64,000 nt of DNA. Source: Polaromonas sp. Its GTDB lineage: Bacteria > Pseudomonadota > Gammaproteobacteria > Burkholderiales > Burkholderiaceae_C. The stretch covers positions 238,044 through 302,043 of the forward strand of contig NZ_JAQSDA010000020.1 of the NCBI RefSeq assembly GCF_029945685.1, given 5' to 3'. The translations under genes and the position numbers were made by a program. How positions within the stretch are numbered: the first letter of the stretch is position 1; every line of letters begins with the position of its first letter. Below, one piece after another: positions 12,593 to 22,501 of this stretch. A model generated the notes under the pieces. It saw nothing but the letters and a program-made list of their open reading frames with translations, had not been told where the DNA came from and searched no databases.

Positions 12593-13780
12593 TCAAGTCG
12601 TCAGATTGCCGGTGATGCGGGTGGCCGCGGCGCGCGCCTGCGCATCCAGCGCCAGCAAGTCGCCGATGCCCCGGATTTCAGAGGCGCTCACGGTGTCCAG
12701 AGTTCCACGGTTCACGGCGTGAATCTGGTCAAAGCGTATCCGTTTTTCAAGGAAAGCGGCCACCGCCACTTCGTTGGCAGCGTTCAGCACCGCCGTGGTG
12801 CCGACAGGCGCATCGAGCACCTCCCAGGCCAGCGGCAAGCCGGGGAAATGTTCGTTGTCCGGAACCGCGAACGTCATGGTGGCCAGCGCCCGGAAATCGA
12901 GCGCCTGCGCACCCGAGGAAATCCGGCCAGGCCAGGCCAGGCCGTAGGCGATCGGCACCCGCATGTCAGGCGTTCCAAGCTGGGCCACCACCGAGGTGTC
13001 GCGGTATTGAACCATCGAATGAATGATGCTTTGCGGGTGAATCACCACCTCGATCTGCGCCGGCGCAAGACCGAACAGGTAACGCGCCTCGATCACTTCG
13101 AGCGCCTTGTTCATCATGGTGGCCGAGTCCACCGAAATCTTGCGGCCCATCACCCAGTTCGGGTGGGCGCAGGCCTCGTCGGGGGTCACGTCGCGCAGCG
13201 TGGCTGGCGCCCGGGTGCGAAACGGCCCCCCGGAGGCTGTCAGGATGATCTTGTCGATGCGCTCCAGCCAGGCCGCCGGGTCTTCGGGCAGGGACTGGAA
13301 GATCGCCGAGTGTTCGCTGTCGATGGGCAACAACTGCGCGCCGCCCTCACGCACGGCCTGCATGAACACCTCGCCGCCGACCACCAGCGCCTCCTTGTTG
13401 GCCAGTAGCAGGCGCTTGCCGGCGCGCGCCGCCGCCATGCAGGCCGCCAGCCCGGCCGCGCCCACGATGGCCGCCATCACGGTATCCACCCGCTCGTCAG
13501 ATGCTATCATTTCAAGAGCATCCGACGCATGAAGGACTTGGGTTGAAAGCCCGTTTTCCTTCAAACTTTGGGCCAGAATGCGGGCGTGCGGGGCGCTTGC
13601 CATGACGGCGTAGGATGGTTTGAAGCGCAGGCACTGCGCCAGCATCAAATCGGTCTGCGTGGCCGCACTGAGCGCAAAAACCTCAAACCGGTCGGGGTGG
13701 CCGGCAATCACGTCCAGTGTATTGACCCCCACCGAGCCGGTCGAGCCCAGCACCGTGACACGTTGTTTCTGCACTGTCAT
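12593..13780 (-). CDS. dxr: 1-deoxy-D-xylulose-5-phosphate reductoisomerase
   Basis: 395 aa. VTVLGSTGSVG, LLANKE and IDSEHSAIFQ motifs. Confidence 0.95.
   Translation of the reverse strand: MTVQKQRVTVLGSTGSVGVNTLDVIAGHPDRFEVFALSAATQTDLMLAQCLRFKPSYAVMASAPHARILAQSLKENGLSTQVLHASDALEMIASDERVDTVMAAIVGAAGLAACMAAARAGKRLLLANKEALVVGGEVFMQAVREGGAQLLPIDSEHSAIFQSLPEDPAAWLERIDKIILTASGGPFRTRAPATLRDVTPDEACAHPNWVMGRKISVDSATMMNKALEVIEARYLFGLAPAQIEVVIHPQSIIHSMVQYRDTSVVAQLGTPDMRVPIAYGLAWPGRISSGAQALDFRALATMTFAVPDNEHFPGLPLAWEVLDAPVGTTAVLNAANEVAVAAFLEKRIRFDQIHAVNRGTLDTVSASEIRGIGDLLALDAQARAAATRITGNLTT
13503..13519 (-). repeat. 17-bp RCTMY-N7-ATAGC motif copy (only minus-strand copy)
   Basis: The minus strand reads GCTCTTGAAATGATAGC, inside dxr (ALEMIA). 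Confidence 0.55.
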
Positions 13781-13790
13781 GGGCGGGCGT

Positions 13791-14627
13791 TCAGACCGTC
13801 ACCAGCATCATGGCCAGCGGTAGCACCGGCAACAGTGCATCGACCCGGTCCAGCACCCCGCCGTGGCCCGGCAGCAAACCGCTGGAATCCTTGGCGCCGG
13901 CGCTGCGCTTGATCAGGGACTCGACCAGATCACCCACCACGCTGAGCGCCGCCAGAAACACCATGGCCAGCAGCGTCACGGCAAGGCCGTGTTGCGCCGC
14001 CAGGCGCGCATACAGACTCTCACCAGTGGCGTCAAGCAGCAGCCAGGCGATACACAGCACAAGCACCCCCGCCATGCCGCCCCAGACACCCTCCCAGCTT
14101 TTGCCGGGGCTGATCGAAGGGGCCAGCTTGCCCTTGCTGAAGCGCCCGCCCAGGGCCTTGCCGGCGAAATAGGCGCCGATATCGGCGACCCAGACCAGCA
14201 GAAGCACCGACAGCAGGAACTCGATGCCGATGAAACGCGCCTGCGCCACGGCCAGCCAGGCCAGCCAGAGCGCCAGCACACCGACCACCAGGCGCACGGT
14301 GCGCGGAATGCGCGACCAGCCGGCCACGCCACCGCGCAGCAGCCAGGCGCCCGCCAGCACCCAACCCGCGCCGGCCAATCGCCATAGCAAAGGCAGCGGT
14401 TGGTCGAGCATCCCCAGGTCCCAGGACATGCCGCACAGCACCACGCAAACAAAGCCGGCCACCAGCGCACTGAGCTGTCCGTAACCGTTCAGCCGCGCCC
14501 ACTCCCAGGCACCCGCGGCAATCAGCACCAGCGCGACCACGGCAAAAGGCACCGGGGTCTGGTAAAAAAGCGCCGGCAGCAGAATGGCCAGCATCACCAG
14601 CGCCGTGATCACGCGTTGTTTGAGCAT
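13791..14627 (-). CDS. cdsA: Phosphatidate cytidylyltransferase
   Basis: 278 aa polytopic membrane protein. C-terminal SLIKRSAGAKDSSGLLPGHGGVLDRVD signature. Confidence 0.92.
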   Translation of the reverse strand: MLKQRVITALVMLAILLPALFYQTPVPFAVVALVLIAAGAWEWARLNGYGQLSALVAGFVCVVLCGMSWDLGMLDQPLPLLWRLAGAGWVLAGAWLLRGGVAGWSRIPRTVRLVVGVLALWLAWLAVAQARFIGIEFLLSVLLLVWVADIGAYFAGKALGGRFSKGKLAPSISPGKSWEGVWGGMAGVLVLCIAWLLLDATGESLYARLAAQHGLAVTLLAMVFLAALSVVGDLVESLIKRSAGAKDSSGLLPGHGGVLDRVDALLPVLPLAMMLVTV

Positions 14628-15385
14628 CAGGCAGCCTTCATGTCGGGGTTGGGGGGTGGCGAGACGACTTGCGCGGAGGTCTGGCCAAAACGCCGCTCGC
14701 GGCTGCGGTAGACCGTGATCGCTTCATCGAGCGCCGTCTCGTCGAAGTCGGGCCAGAGTTTGTCGGAAAAATGCAGTTCGGAATACGCCGCCTGCCAGAG
14801 CAGGAAATTGCTGATGCGCAGTTCGCCGCCGGTGCGGATCACGAGGTCCGGGTCGGACACATGGGCCAGCGCCAGCGCACGGTCCAGCGCCATTTCGGTG
14901 ATCTCCTGGCCCGCCGCCGCCAGCTTGCGTGCCGCCTGGGCGATGTCCCAGCGGCCACCGTAGTTGAAACACACATTGAGGATCAGCCGCTGGTTGTCTG
15001 CGGTGGCCTGCTCGGCCTGGTCCAGCCCGGCCTTGAACTTGTCGGACAGGCGCTGCCGGTCGCCGACAAAATGCAGTTGCACGCCGTTGGCCTTGAGCGA
15101 GGGCACTTCCCTGGCCAGCGACAGCGCCAGCAACTCCATGAGGCCGGAGACTTCGTCCGGCGGCCGGTTCCAGTTTTCGGAAGAAAAGGCAAACACGGTC
15201 AACACACCGATGCCGCGGGCCATGCAGGCCTGCACACAGCGGTTTAGCGCGCCGACCCCTTGCTTGTGGCCGGCGATGCGCGGCAGGAAACGCCGCGTGG
15301 CCCAGCGGCCGTTGCCGTCCATCACGATGGCGACATGGTGCGGAACGGCGGTGGAGCTTGTTTGAGCCATGTGGCAGTCAGTCAC
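14627..15385 (-). CDS. uppS: Undecaprenyl-diphosphate synthase (isoprenyl transferase)
   Basis: 252 aa. HVAIVMDGNGRWA and FSSENWNRP motifs. The start may be the internal ATG at 15370. Confidence 0.93.
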   Translation of the reverse strand: MTDCHMAQTSSTAVPHHVAIVMDGNGRWATRRFLPRIAGHKQGVGALNRCVQACMARGIGVLTVFAFSSENWNRPPDEVSGLMELLALSLAREVPSLKANGVQLHFVGDRQRLSDKFKAGLDQAEQATADNQRLILNVCFNYGGRWDIAQAARKLAAAGQEITEMALDRALALAHVSDPDLVIRTGGELRISNFLLWQAAYSELHFSDKLWPDFDETALDEAITVYRSRERRFGQTSAQVVSPPPNPDMKAA

Positions 15386-15420
15386 TACGCACAGTGCGCG
15401 CGTTTGAGGGCAACTGTCTT

Positions 15421-15539
15421 TTCAAGCCGGGGCCGCGGAACCGGCCTTGGCCTGTCCTGCGCCGGCCGAAGGGCCGGGCCGCAGGCGCAGCGGCCCCCTC
15501 GGGGGGCAGAGAGCTACGCGAAGCGAGCGAACGTGGGGG
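15421..15539 (+). repeat. REP1 GC-rich intergenic repeat, copy C (longest, with a ~23-nt internal expansion)
   Basis: TTCAAGCCGGGGCCGCGGAACCGGCC...GGGCCGCAGGCGCAGCGGCCCCCTCGGGGGGCAGAGAGCTACGCGAAGCGAGCGAACGTGGGGG. It ends 4 nt from the frr stop codon (15544). Confidence 0.8.
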
Positions 15540-15543
15540 CAAT

Positions 15544-16104
15544 CTAGACTGCCATGATGTCTTGTTCCTTGCCGGCGACCAGCTTGTCGACTTCGGCAAT
15601 GAAACGGTCGGTGAACTTCTGTACTTCGTCGTGGGCGCGGCGTTCATCGTCTTCCGACGCCAGCTTGTCCTTGACGAGTTTCTTGACGCCGTCGTTCGCA
15701 TCACGGCGCAGATTGCGGATGGCGACCTTGGCGTGTTCGCCTTCGCCGCGAACCACCTTGGTCAGCTCCTTGCGCCGCTCTTCGGTCATGGCCGGCATGG
15801 GCACGCGAATCAGGTCGCCCTGGGACGCCGGGTTGAGTCCGAGGTCGGAGTCACGGATGGCTTTTTCAATCTTGGCTCCCATGCCTTTTTCCCAGGGCGC
15901 AACACTGATGGTGCGTGCATCGAGCAGCGCCACATTGGCGACCTGGCTGATCGGCACCATGGCGCCGTAGTAGTCCACATGCACCGTGTCCAGCAGTCCG
16001 GGGTTGGCACGGCCGGTACGGATTTTGGTCAAGGCATGCTTGAAGGACTCTACCGACTGCTGCATTTTCTGCTCGGCCTGGCTCTTGATATCGGGAATGC
16101 TCAT
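15544..16104 (-). CDS. frr: Ribosome recycling factor
   Basis: 186 aa with typical Frr sequence (..[15 protein letters not shown]...P..Q.A..). Confidence 0.95.
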   Translation of the reverse strand: MSIPDIKSQAEQKMQQSVESFKHALTKIRTGRANPGLLDTVHVDYYGAMVPISQVANVALLDARTISVAPWEKGMGAKIEKAIRDSDLGLNPASQGDLIRVPMPAMTEERRKELTKVVRGEGEHAKVAIRNLRRDANDGVKKLVKDKLASEDDERRAHDEVQKFTDRFIAEVDKLVAGKEQDIMAV

Positions 16105-16169
16105 GATTGAAATCTCCGGAGGATTCTTGTTCTGCTAAGTCTGGGGGATGGCATGCACACCGGCAGGTT

Positions 16170-16880
16170 TCAGACGTGGACCAGCGTGCCTTCGTCTTCG
16201 CCCTGCACCACGCGCTTGAGCGCGCCGTGCTTGAAGATGCTGAAAATCTTGATCGGCAGTTTCTGGTCGCGGCACAACGCAAAGGCGGTGGCATCCATGA
16301 CTTCGAGGTTTTTGCCCATGGCCTCGTCGAAGGTGATGTTGGTGTAACGCGTGGCCGTCGGGTCTTTCTTCGGGTCCGCGCTGTACACACCGTCCACCTT
16401 GGTGGCCTTGAGCACAATCTCGGCCCCGATTTCCGCGCCACGCAGGGCGGCTGCGGTGTCGGTGGTGAAGAAAGGATTGCCGGTGCCGGCTGCGAAGATG
16501 ACGACCTTGCCCTCTTCGAGGTATTGCAGCGCCTTGGGGCGCACATACGGCTCCACGATGCGTTCAATGCCGATGGCCGACATGACACGCGGTGTCAGGC
16601 CCGCCTTGTCCATGGTGTCGCCGAGTGCCAGCGCGTTCATCACGGTGGCCAGCATGCCCATGTAGTCGGCAGTTGCACGGTCCATGCCGACCGAACCGCC
16701 GGCCACGCCGCGGAAAATATTGCCGCCGCCGATCACGACAGCCACTTCCACGCCCATGCGGGTGACTTCGGCAATCTCCTCTACCATGCGCACAATCGTC
16801 GCACGGTTGATGCCGAAGGCATCGTCTCCCATCAAGGCTTCACCTGAAAGTTTCAACAAGATTCGCTTGTAGGCTGGCAT
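16170..16880 (-). CDS. pyrH: UMP kinase
   Basis: 236 aa. [13 protein letters not shown] and [11 protein letters not shown] motifs. Confidence 0.95.
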   Translation of the reverse strand: MPAYKRILLKLSGEALMGDDAFGINRATIVRMVEEIAEVTRMGVEVAVVIGGGNIFRGVAGGSVGMDRATADYMGMLATVMNALALGDTMDKAGLTPRVMSAIGIERIVEPYVRPKALQYLEEGKVVIFAAGTGNPFFTTDTAAALRGAEIGAEIVLKATKVDGVYSADPKKDPTATRYTNITFDEAMGKNLEVMDATAFALCRDQKLPIKIFSIFKHGALKRVVQGEDEGTLVHV

Positions 16881-16942
16881 GAGGGAGTTCCTGTCGTTTT
16901 TATGGGCGTAAGTTTAGCGGCCTTTCGGATCAGCGGGCGTTA

Positions 16943-17857
16943 TCAGGCGGCTTTGGCGGCGGCCACCTGGGCGGCCACTTCAGCCGCAAAATCGTCGACC
17001 TTCTTCTCGATGCCTTCGCCGACAACATACAGCGTGAACGCCTTCACGGTCGTGCCTTTTTCCTTGAGCATCTGCTCGACCGTCTGCTTGTCGTTTTTCA
17101 CGAAAGGCTGGTTGAACAGGGACACTTCCTTGAGGTATTTCTGCACGCCGCCGTCGATACGCTTGGCAACAATTTCGGGAGATTGCACAGGCTTGCCGGC
17201 GGCGGTGGCCACCGCGGCATCCTCGGCAGCCTTGGCCGCAGCGACCGAACGTTCGCGCGCGACGAGCTCGGCAGGCACCTGGTCGCTCGACAGCGACACC
17301 GGCTTCATCGCGGCGACATGCATGGCGACGTCCTTGGCCGGCACTTCTTCGCCTTCGTACTCGACGACCACGCCGATACGCGTGCCGTGCAGGTAGGAGG
17401 CCAGCTTACCGCCGTCAAAACGCTTGAAGCGGCGCACGCTCATGTTTTCGCCGATCTTGCCGATCAGACCCTTGCGCACGTCTTCCACCGTCGGGCCGAA
17501 ACCGTCCAGGCTCAAAGGCATGGCGCCGATGGCGGCGACATCGGCCGGGTTGTTCTTGACGATGCCCTTGACCACCGCGTCGGTGAAAGCCAGGAAGCTG
17601 TCGTTCTTGGTGACGAAGTCGGTTTCGCAGTTGATCTCGACCAGCGCGCCCACGGCACCTTCGCTGTGGAAGGCGATCACGCCTTCAGCGGTGATGCGGG
17701 AGGCCGCCTTGCCTGCCTTGTTGCCGAGCTTGACGCGCAGGATTTCTTCGGCTTTTTCGAAGTTGCCGTCGGCCTCGGTCAGTGCCTTTTTGCACTCCAT
17801 CATCGGGGCGTCGGTTTTTGCGCGCAGTTCTGCGACCATGCTTGCTGTGATTGCCAT
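16943..17857 (-). CDS. tsf: Translation elongation factor Ts
   Basis: 304 aa. [27 protein letters not shown]-terminus. Confidence 0.96.
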   Translation of the reverse strand: MAITASMVAELRAKTDAPMMECKKALTEADGNFEKAEEILRVKLGNKAGKAASRITAEGVIAFHSEGAVGALVEINCETDFVTKNDSFLAFTDAVVKGIVKNNPADVAAIGAMPLSLDGFGPTVEDVRKGLIGKIGENMSVRRFKRFDGGKLASYLHGTRIGVVVEYEGEEVPAKDVAMHVAAMKPVSLSSDQVPAELVARERSVAAAKAAEDAAVATAAGKPVQSPEIVAKRIDGGVQKYLKEVSLFNQPFVKNDKQTVEQMLKEKGTTVKAFTLYVVGEGIEKKVDDFAAEVAAQVAAAKAA

Positions 17858-17920
17858 TTTTGGTTCTCCGTGTGTCGTGTTGACTTCAAATAAATACTGG
17901 TGCCTTTGGACAAGGCTGTG

Positions 17921-17947
17921 AAAAAGGGGCTACGCGAGCCCCTTTTT
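17921..17947 (-). terminator. Rho-independent hairpin between rpsB and tsf (probable attenuator)
   Basis: GGGGCT-5 nt-AGCCCC stem (17926-17942), flanked by A5 on one side and T5 on the other. On the minus strand it reads hairpin followed by TTTTT. An internal rpsB-tsf terminator is known in E. coli. Confidence 0.6.
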
Positions 17948-17972
17948 CGCGTCAGGCGCAGGGCCGGGCCGT

Positions 17973-18725
17973 TCAGGCAGCGGCGTTTTCCACTTCGACG
18001 AATTCGTCGGCGCTCTCGGCGGATGCCATCTTGACGACTTCATTGCCGGCGGCAGCGCGGCCTTCGATGATCGCGTCGGCGATGCCGCGGGCATACAGCG
18101 CCACGGCCTTGGACGAGTCGTCGTTGCCGGGGATGACGTAGTCAATGCCGATGGGGGAATGGTTGGAGTCAACCACGCCGATCAGCGGGATGCCCAGTTT
18201 CTTGGCTTCGAGGATGGCGATCTTGTGGAAGCCCACGTCGATCACGAAGATCGCGTCGGGCAGCGCATTCATGTCCTGGATGCCGCCGATGTCTTTTTCC
18301 AGCTTTTCCATTTCGCGCTTGAAGGTCAGCTGCTCTTTCTTGCTCAGGGTATCGAGACCGACTTCCTGCTGGGCCTTCATTTCCTTGAGGCGCTTGATCG
18401 AGGTCTTGACCGTCTTGAAGTTGGTCAGCATGCCGCCCAGCCAGCGCTGGTCGACAAAAGGCACGCCAGCGCGTTTGGCTTCAGCGGAAACGAGTTCGCG
18501 CGCCTGGCGCTTGGTGCCGACCATCAGGATGGTGCCGCGGTTGGCGGACAGCTGTTTGGCGAACTTCATCGCGTCCTCGAACATCGGCAGCGATTTTTCG
18601 AGGTTGATGATGTGGATACGGTTGCGGTGGCCGAAGATGTACGGGGCCATCTTGGGGTTCCAGAAGCGAGTTTGGTGACCGAAATGGACGCCGGCTTCCA
18701 GCATTTCACGCATGCTAATTGACAT
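17973..18725 (-). CDS. rpsB: 30S ribosomal protein S2
   Basis: [29 protein letters not shown] at 18725 with GGAG 8 nt upstream. The track start at 18737 is a TTG. Confidence 0.96.
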   Translation of the reverse strand: MSISMREMLEAGVHFGHQTRFWNPKMAPYIFGHRNRIHIINLEKSLPMFEDAMKFAKQLSANRGTILMVGTKRQARELVSAEAKRAGVPFVDQRWLGGMLTNFKTVKTSIKRLKEMKAQQEVGLDTLSKKEQLTFKREMEKLEKDIGGIQDMNALPDAIFVIDVGFHKIAILEAKKLGIPLIGVVDSNHSPIGIDYVIPGNDDSSKAVALYARGIADAIIEGRAAAGNEVVKMASAESADEFVEVENAAA

Positions 18726-19084
18726 AAATAACTCCAAAGGTTGTGTCTAAAATCAGCGCTTATCACCTGAAAGCCTTGTTAAAAGCTCCCGGGCAACACC
18801 TTGAATGACTGATTTGCGATTTGCTGCACGACGGCTCAATTGCCTTTCGCACAGCCTGCTGAGTATAACATCCCTGCCTGTGCCAACGTACCCGCCCGAG
18901 CCCTGTCACGCGCCATCTCCTGTTGCCGGCAAGCTGCCGGCCACGGTTTCCGGCCCGTCCGCACTTCCAAAACAATAGCAGTCGGCGCTTTTTCCGCGCT
19001 GGCTTCTGACCGGTTGAACCCCAGGAACATGAACCCATTGACTGCCTGCACAAGCCCCTGTCCCCGCCCTGCACGGACCGCCCC

Positions 19085-20356
19085 ATGAGGATCGCGGTCA
19101 TCGGCGCCGGCATCATCGGCATCACCACCGCCTGGGAGCTTGCCCGGGACGGCCACGAGGTCACGGTTTTCGATCGCCGCGGCGCCGCTGCCGAAGAAAG
19201 CAGTTTCGCCAATGCCGGCGTGGTGGCCCCGGGCTACGTGACCCCCTGGGCAGCGCCCGGCATGCCGGGCAAGGTGCTGGGCCACCTGCTGGGCCGCCAC
19301 GCGCCGGTCCGGCTCAGCCTGCCGCTGTCCGGCCGCGAGCTGGCCTGGATGTGGAAGTGGTGGCGCGCCTGCCGCCTGGAAACCTACCTGGCCAACCGCG
19401 CCCGCCTGCAGCGCCTGGCTTTTTACAGCCGCGCGCGCCTGCACCAGATCACCGCCGAGTGCCAGCTCGACTACGACCGCAGCCCCGGCTACATGGTGCT
19501 GCTGCGCGCCGAACAGGACGGCCAGATGGTCGAACCCGGCCTGCAGGTGCTGCGTGACGCCGGGGTCAGCTTCCGGCAGATCGGCTCGGACGAGGCGCGC
19601 CGGATCGAACCGGCGCTGAATCCGGACACACCCCTGCTGGGCGCCATTCACCTGCCCGACGACGAAGTGGCCAACTGCCGTCAGTTCGCCCTGCTGCTCA
19701 AAACCGAGGCCCAGCGCCTGGGTGTGACTTTTGAGTTCAATACGACTGTGGCCCAAATGGACCGGGCGCAACCAGCTACCTTTTTGATAGCAGGCGAAGC
19801 GACGCCGCGAAACTTTGACGCCGTGGTGCTGTGCGCCGGCCTGGACTCGGCCTCGCTGCTGCGGCCACTGGGCATCCGCATGCCGCTGGCAGCGGTGTAT
19901 GGCTACTCCCTGAGCGCGCCGATTCGCGAGCCACTGAACGCGCCGCGCAGCGCCCTGATGGACGAACGTTACAAGGTCGCGATCTCGCGCCTGGGCAACC
20001 GAGTTCGCGTGGCCGGCAGCGCCGAAATTGGCGGCCGCCCCGACAGGAAGAGTGCCGCGGCCATCCAGACACTGTACAAGGTGCTGCAGGACTGGTTCCC
20101 GGGTGCTGCCCACACCTCCAACACCACCACCCATGTGCAGGAATGGAAAGGTGTGCGGCCCATGTTGCCGGACGGCCCGCCCATCCTCGGTGCCAGCGGC
20201 CTGCCCGGCCTGTGGCTCAACCTCGGCCACGGCTCCAGCGGATGGGCGCTGAGCTGCGGCAGCGCGCGGGCCGTCGCCGACCTGGTCGCCGGCCAGGCGC
20301 CCGAGATTGACCTCGAAGGGCTGGATCTGAACCGGCTCACATCCCCGGCCGCCTGA
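19085..20356 (+). CDS. dadA: D-amino acid dehydrogenase-like FAD oxidoreductase
   Basis: 423 aa. MRIAVIGAGIIGITTAW dinucleotide fold. Colinear with E. coli DadA (..SFANAG...PGY..PWA.PG.., ..LNLGHGS.GW). Confidence 0.82.
   Translation: MRIAVIGAGIIGITTAWELARDGHEVTVFDRRGAAAEESSFANAGVVAPGYVTPWAAPGMPGKVLGHLLGRHAPVRLSLPLSGRELAWMWKWWRACRLETYLANRARLQRLAFYSRARLHQITAECQLDYDRSPGYMVLLRAEQDGQMVEPGLQVLRDAGVSFRQIGSDEARRIEPALNPDTPLLGAIHLPDDEVANCRQFALLLKTEAQRLGVTFEFNTTVAQMDRAQPATFLIAGEATPRNFDAVVLCAGLDSASLLRPLGIRMPLAAVYGYSLSAPIREPLNAPRSALMDERYKVAISRLGNRVRVAGSAEIGGRPDRKSAAAIQTLYKVLQDWFPGAAHTSNTTTHVQEWKGVRPMLPDGPPILGASGLPGLWLNLGHGSSGWALSCGSARAVADLVAGQAPEIDLEGLDLNRLTSPAA
19775..19791 (+). repeat. 17-bp RCTMY-N7-ATAGC motif copy
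   Basis: GCTACCTTTTTGATAGC, inside the dadA-like gene (ATFLIA). Confidence 0.6.
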
Positions 20357-20374
20357 AGGCTGCACAATCGGCCC

Positions 20375-21922
20375 ATGTTAGCCGTCTCCCCTGCCCTCAG
20401 CCTGCCGCTCCACGGGGTTGCTTCGACGCGCCTGCTGGAGCAGCGGGCGGCAGCCCACCTGCCAGCGCACACCCTGATGCAGCGCGCGGGGCTGGCCAGC
20501 GCGCGCCTGGCCCTGGCGCTGGCGCCGCACGCGCAGTGCCTCTGGATCGCCTGCGGGCCGGGCAACAACGGCGGCGACGGACTGGAAGCGGCCCTGCACC
20601 TGCACCAGTGGGGGAAAAACGTGCGGGTGACCTGGCTGGGCGCACAAAACGAAGCCAGGGTACCCGCCGATGCGCTGGCCTCGCTGGCGCGTGCCCGTGC
20701 GGCCGGCGTGCCCTTTGCCGGCACGCCGCCAGCCGGCTTTGACTTCGCCATCGACGCCCTCCTGGGCATAGGCGCGGTACGCCGCCCCACGGCGGCCACG
20801 GGCCAGACCGATCTGCTCGGCCAGTGGCTGGCGCTGCTGCAGGCCAGCCCGCAACCGGTCCTGGCGATCGATATCCCGAGCGGGCTGGACGCCAATACCG
20901 GTGCATCGATTGCTCCTGAATCAATAGCTGCCAGCGCTTTACCTTCAAGGGCTGGTGCCCGATTTACCTTGAGCCTGTTGACACTGAAACCGGGCTTGTT
21001 CACGGCCACCGGCCGCGACTTGGCCGGGCAGGTCTGGTGGGACGACCTCGGCGTCACCCCTGCATCAGCGCTGGCGCCTGACGCCTGGCTGCTGGGCCGG
21101 GACCGTGCCGGGTCGCACCACCGGGCGCAGGCGGCGCATGCCAGCCACAAAGGCAGCTTTGGCGATGTCGCCATCCTCGGCGGCCAGTCCAGCCCGCAAG
21201 CCGCGACCCACATGAGTGGCGCCGCCCTGCTTGCCGGGCGGGCCGCCCTGCATGCCGGCGCCGGACGGGTGTTTGTGGCCCTGCTTGGCGGCGCCGGCCT
21301 CACGGTGGACCCGCAGCAGCCCGAGCTGATGTTCCGCAGTCCCGACGCGCTCGACCTCAAGACCCAGGTGCTGGTCTGCGGCTGTGGCGGCGGCGACGCC
21401 GTGGCCGCCGTGCTGCCGCGCGTGTTGTCGGGCGCGCAGGCCGCCGTGCTGGACGCCGATGCGCTCAATGCCATCGCCGCCGACACCCAGCTGCAAACCC
21501 TGCTCCGGGCCCGCCAGGGCCGCGGCTACCGCACGGTGTTGACACCGCATCCGCTGGAGGCCGCCCGCCTGCTCGGCAGCAGCGCTGCCGTGGTGCAGGC
21601 CGACCGCCTGCTGGCAGCGCGGCAGCTGGCTGAAAATTTCGGCTGTGTGGTGGTGCTCAAGGGTTCGGGCACGGTGATCGCTGCGCCGGACCAGGTCAGC
21701 GCCATCAACCCCACCGGCAACGCGCGCCTGGCCACGGCAGGTACCGGCGATGTGCTGGCGGGCATGGTGGGTGCCCGGCTGGCCGGCGGACAGACGGCCT
21801 TGGATGCCGCATGCAGCGCCGTTTTCCGGCATGGCCAGCTGGCCGATGACTGGTCGGCCTGGCGCCCGGGACAGCCGCTGACCGCCTCCGACCTAGCCCA
21901 GAACCATCAGGCCGATCTGTAG
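20375..21922 (+). CDS. nnr: Bifunctional NAD(P)H-hydrate epimerase / ADP-dependent dehydratase
   Basis: 515 aa. YjeF N-terminal domain (GPGNNGGDG) plus C-terminal carbohydrate-kinase-like domain (GTGDVLAG). Confidence 0.88.
   Translation: MLAVSPALSLPLHGVASTRLLEQRAAAHLPAHTLMQRAGLASARLALALAPHAQCLWIACGPGNNGGDGLEAALHLHQWGKNVRVTWLGAQNEARVPADALASLARARAAGVPFAGTPPAGFDFAIDALLGIGAVRRPTAATGQTDLLGQWLALLQASPQPVLAIDIPSGLDANTGASIAPESIAASALPSRAGARFTLSLLTLKPGLFTATGRDLAGQVWWDDLGVTPASALAPDAWLLGRDRAGSHHRAQAAHASHKGSFGDVAILGGQSSPQAATHMSGAALLAGRAALHAGAGRVFVALLGGAGLTVDPQQPELMFRSPDALDLKTQVLVCGCGGGDAVAAVLPRVLSGAQAAVLDADALNAIAADTQLQTLLRARQGRGYRTVLTPHPLEAARLLGSSAAVVQADRLLAARQLAENFGCVVVLKGSGTVIAAPDQVSAINPTGNARLATAGTGDVLAGMVGARLAGGQTALDAACSAVFRHGQLADDWSAWRPGQPLTASDLAQNHQADL
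20912..20928 (+). repeat. 17-bp RCTMY-N7-ATAGC motif copy (weaker spacer)
   Basis: GCTCCTGAATCAATAGC, inside nnr (APESIA). Confidence 0.45.
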
Positions 21923-22441
21923 CAGCAGGAGCAGCACCAGCGCCGACAGGTCAACCCCGCCGATCGCCGGAATGATGCGCCGCAGCGGCGCCAGCAGCGG
22001 CTCGGCCAGCCGGCCCAGCAGGCCATACATGGGCGAACCCGGCTGCAGCCAGGAAATGATGGCGTAAACCAGCACCACCATGAAGGCCAGTTGCAGCGCG
22101 ACACGCAGCAGCATCTTCAGGCTCATCCACAGCAAAGCCGGCAGCATGGCCGCGGTCAGGTTCAGCAAGGCGCCGAACAGGGCCGCCCACACCAGCGCAT
22201 ACACCAGTGCCAGCAGCAAGGCGGCCAGCAGACTGGCCCAGTCCACACGCGACTGCGCAATCGCCTTGGGCAACACGCGCCGCAGGGGCTTGACCAGCCA
22301 GTCCGTCACGGCCATCACAAAGGTGCCGGGCTGCGCGCTCATGTTGATGCGCAGGCGGTTCATCCAGGCACGCATCAGCGCCGCGCCTATCAGCACGAAG
22401 AAAAGGCTGTCCACCAGAAAGGACAGGATGCGGATCAGCAT
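21893..22441 (-). CDS. YggT-family integral membrane protein
   Basis: 182 aa with two YggT-like repeats. Hydrophobic helices and a ..VTDWLVKPLRRVLP.. motif. Confidence 0.8.
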   Translation of the reverse strand: MLIRILSFLVDSLFFVLIGAALMRAWMNRLRINMSAQPGTFVMAVTDWLVKPLRRVLPKAIAQSRVDWASLLAALLLALVYALVWAALFGALLNLTAAMLPALLWMSLKMLLRVALQLAFMVVLVYAIISWLQPGSPMYGLLGRLAEPLLAPLRRIIPAIGGVDLSALVLLLLLQIGLMVLG

Positions 22442-22501
22442 GGTTGTTGGCTTCCGGGTATGGCGGACGAGACTCGCAATGGATCAGGGGTGCTCATGTC
22501 T

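Noticed and set aside
18836-21486. Long minus-strand ORFs 18836-20365 (509 aa) and 19969-21486 (505 aa).
   Set aside because: They are antisense to the well-supported dadA-like and nnr genes. Their translations are Arg/Ala/Gly/Pro-rich low-complexity sequence with no recognisable motifs, the typical stop-poor shadow frames of high-GC DNA.
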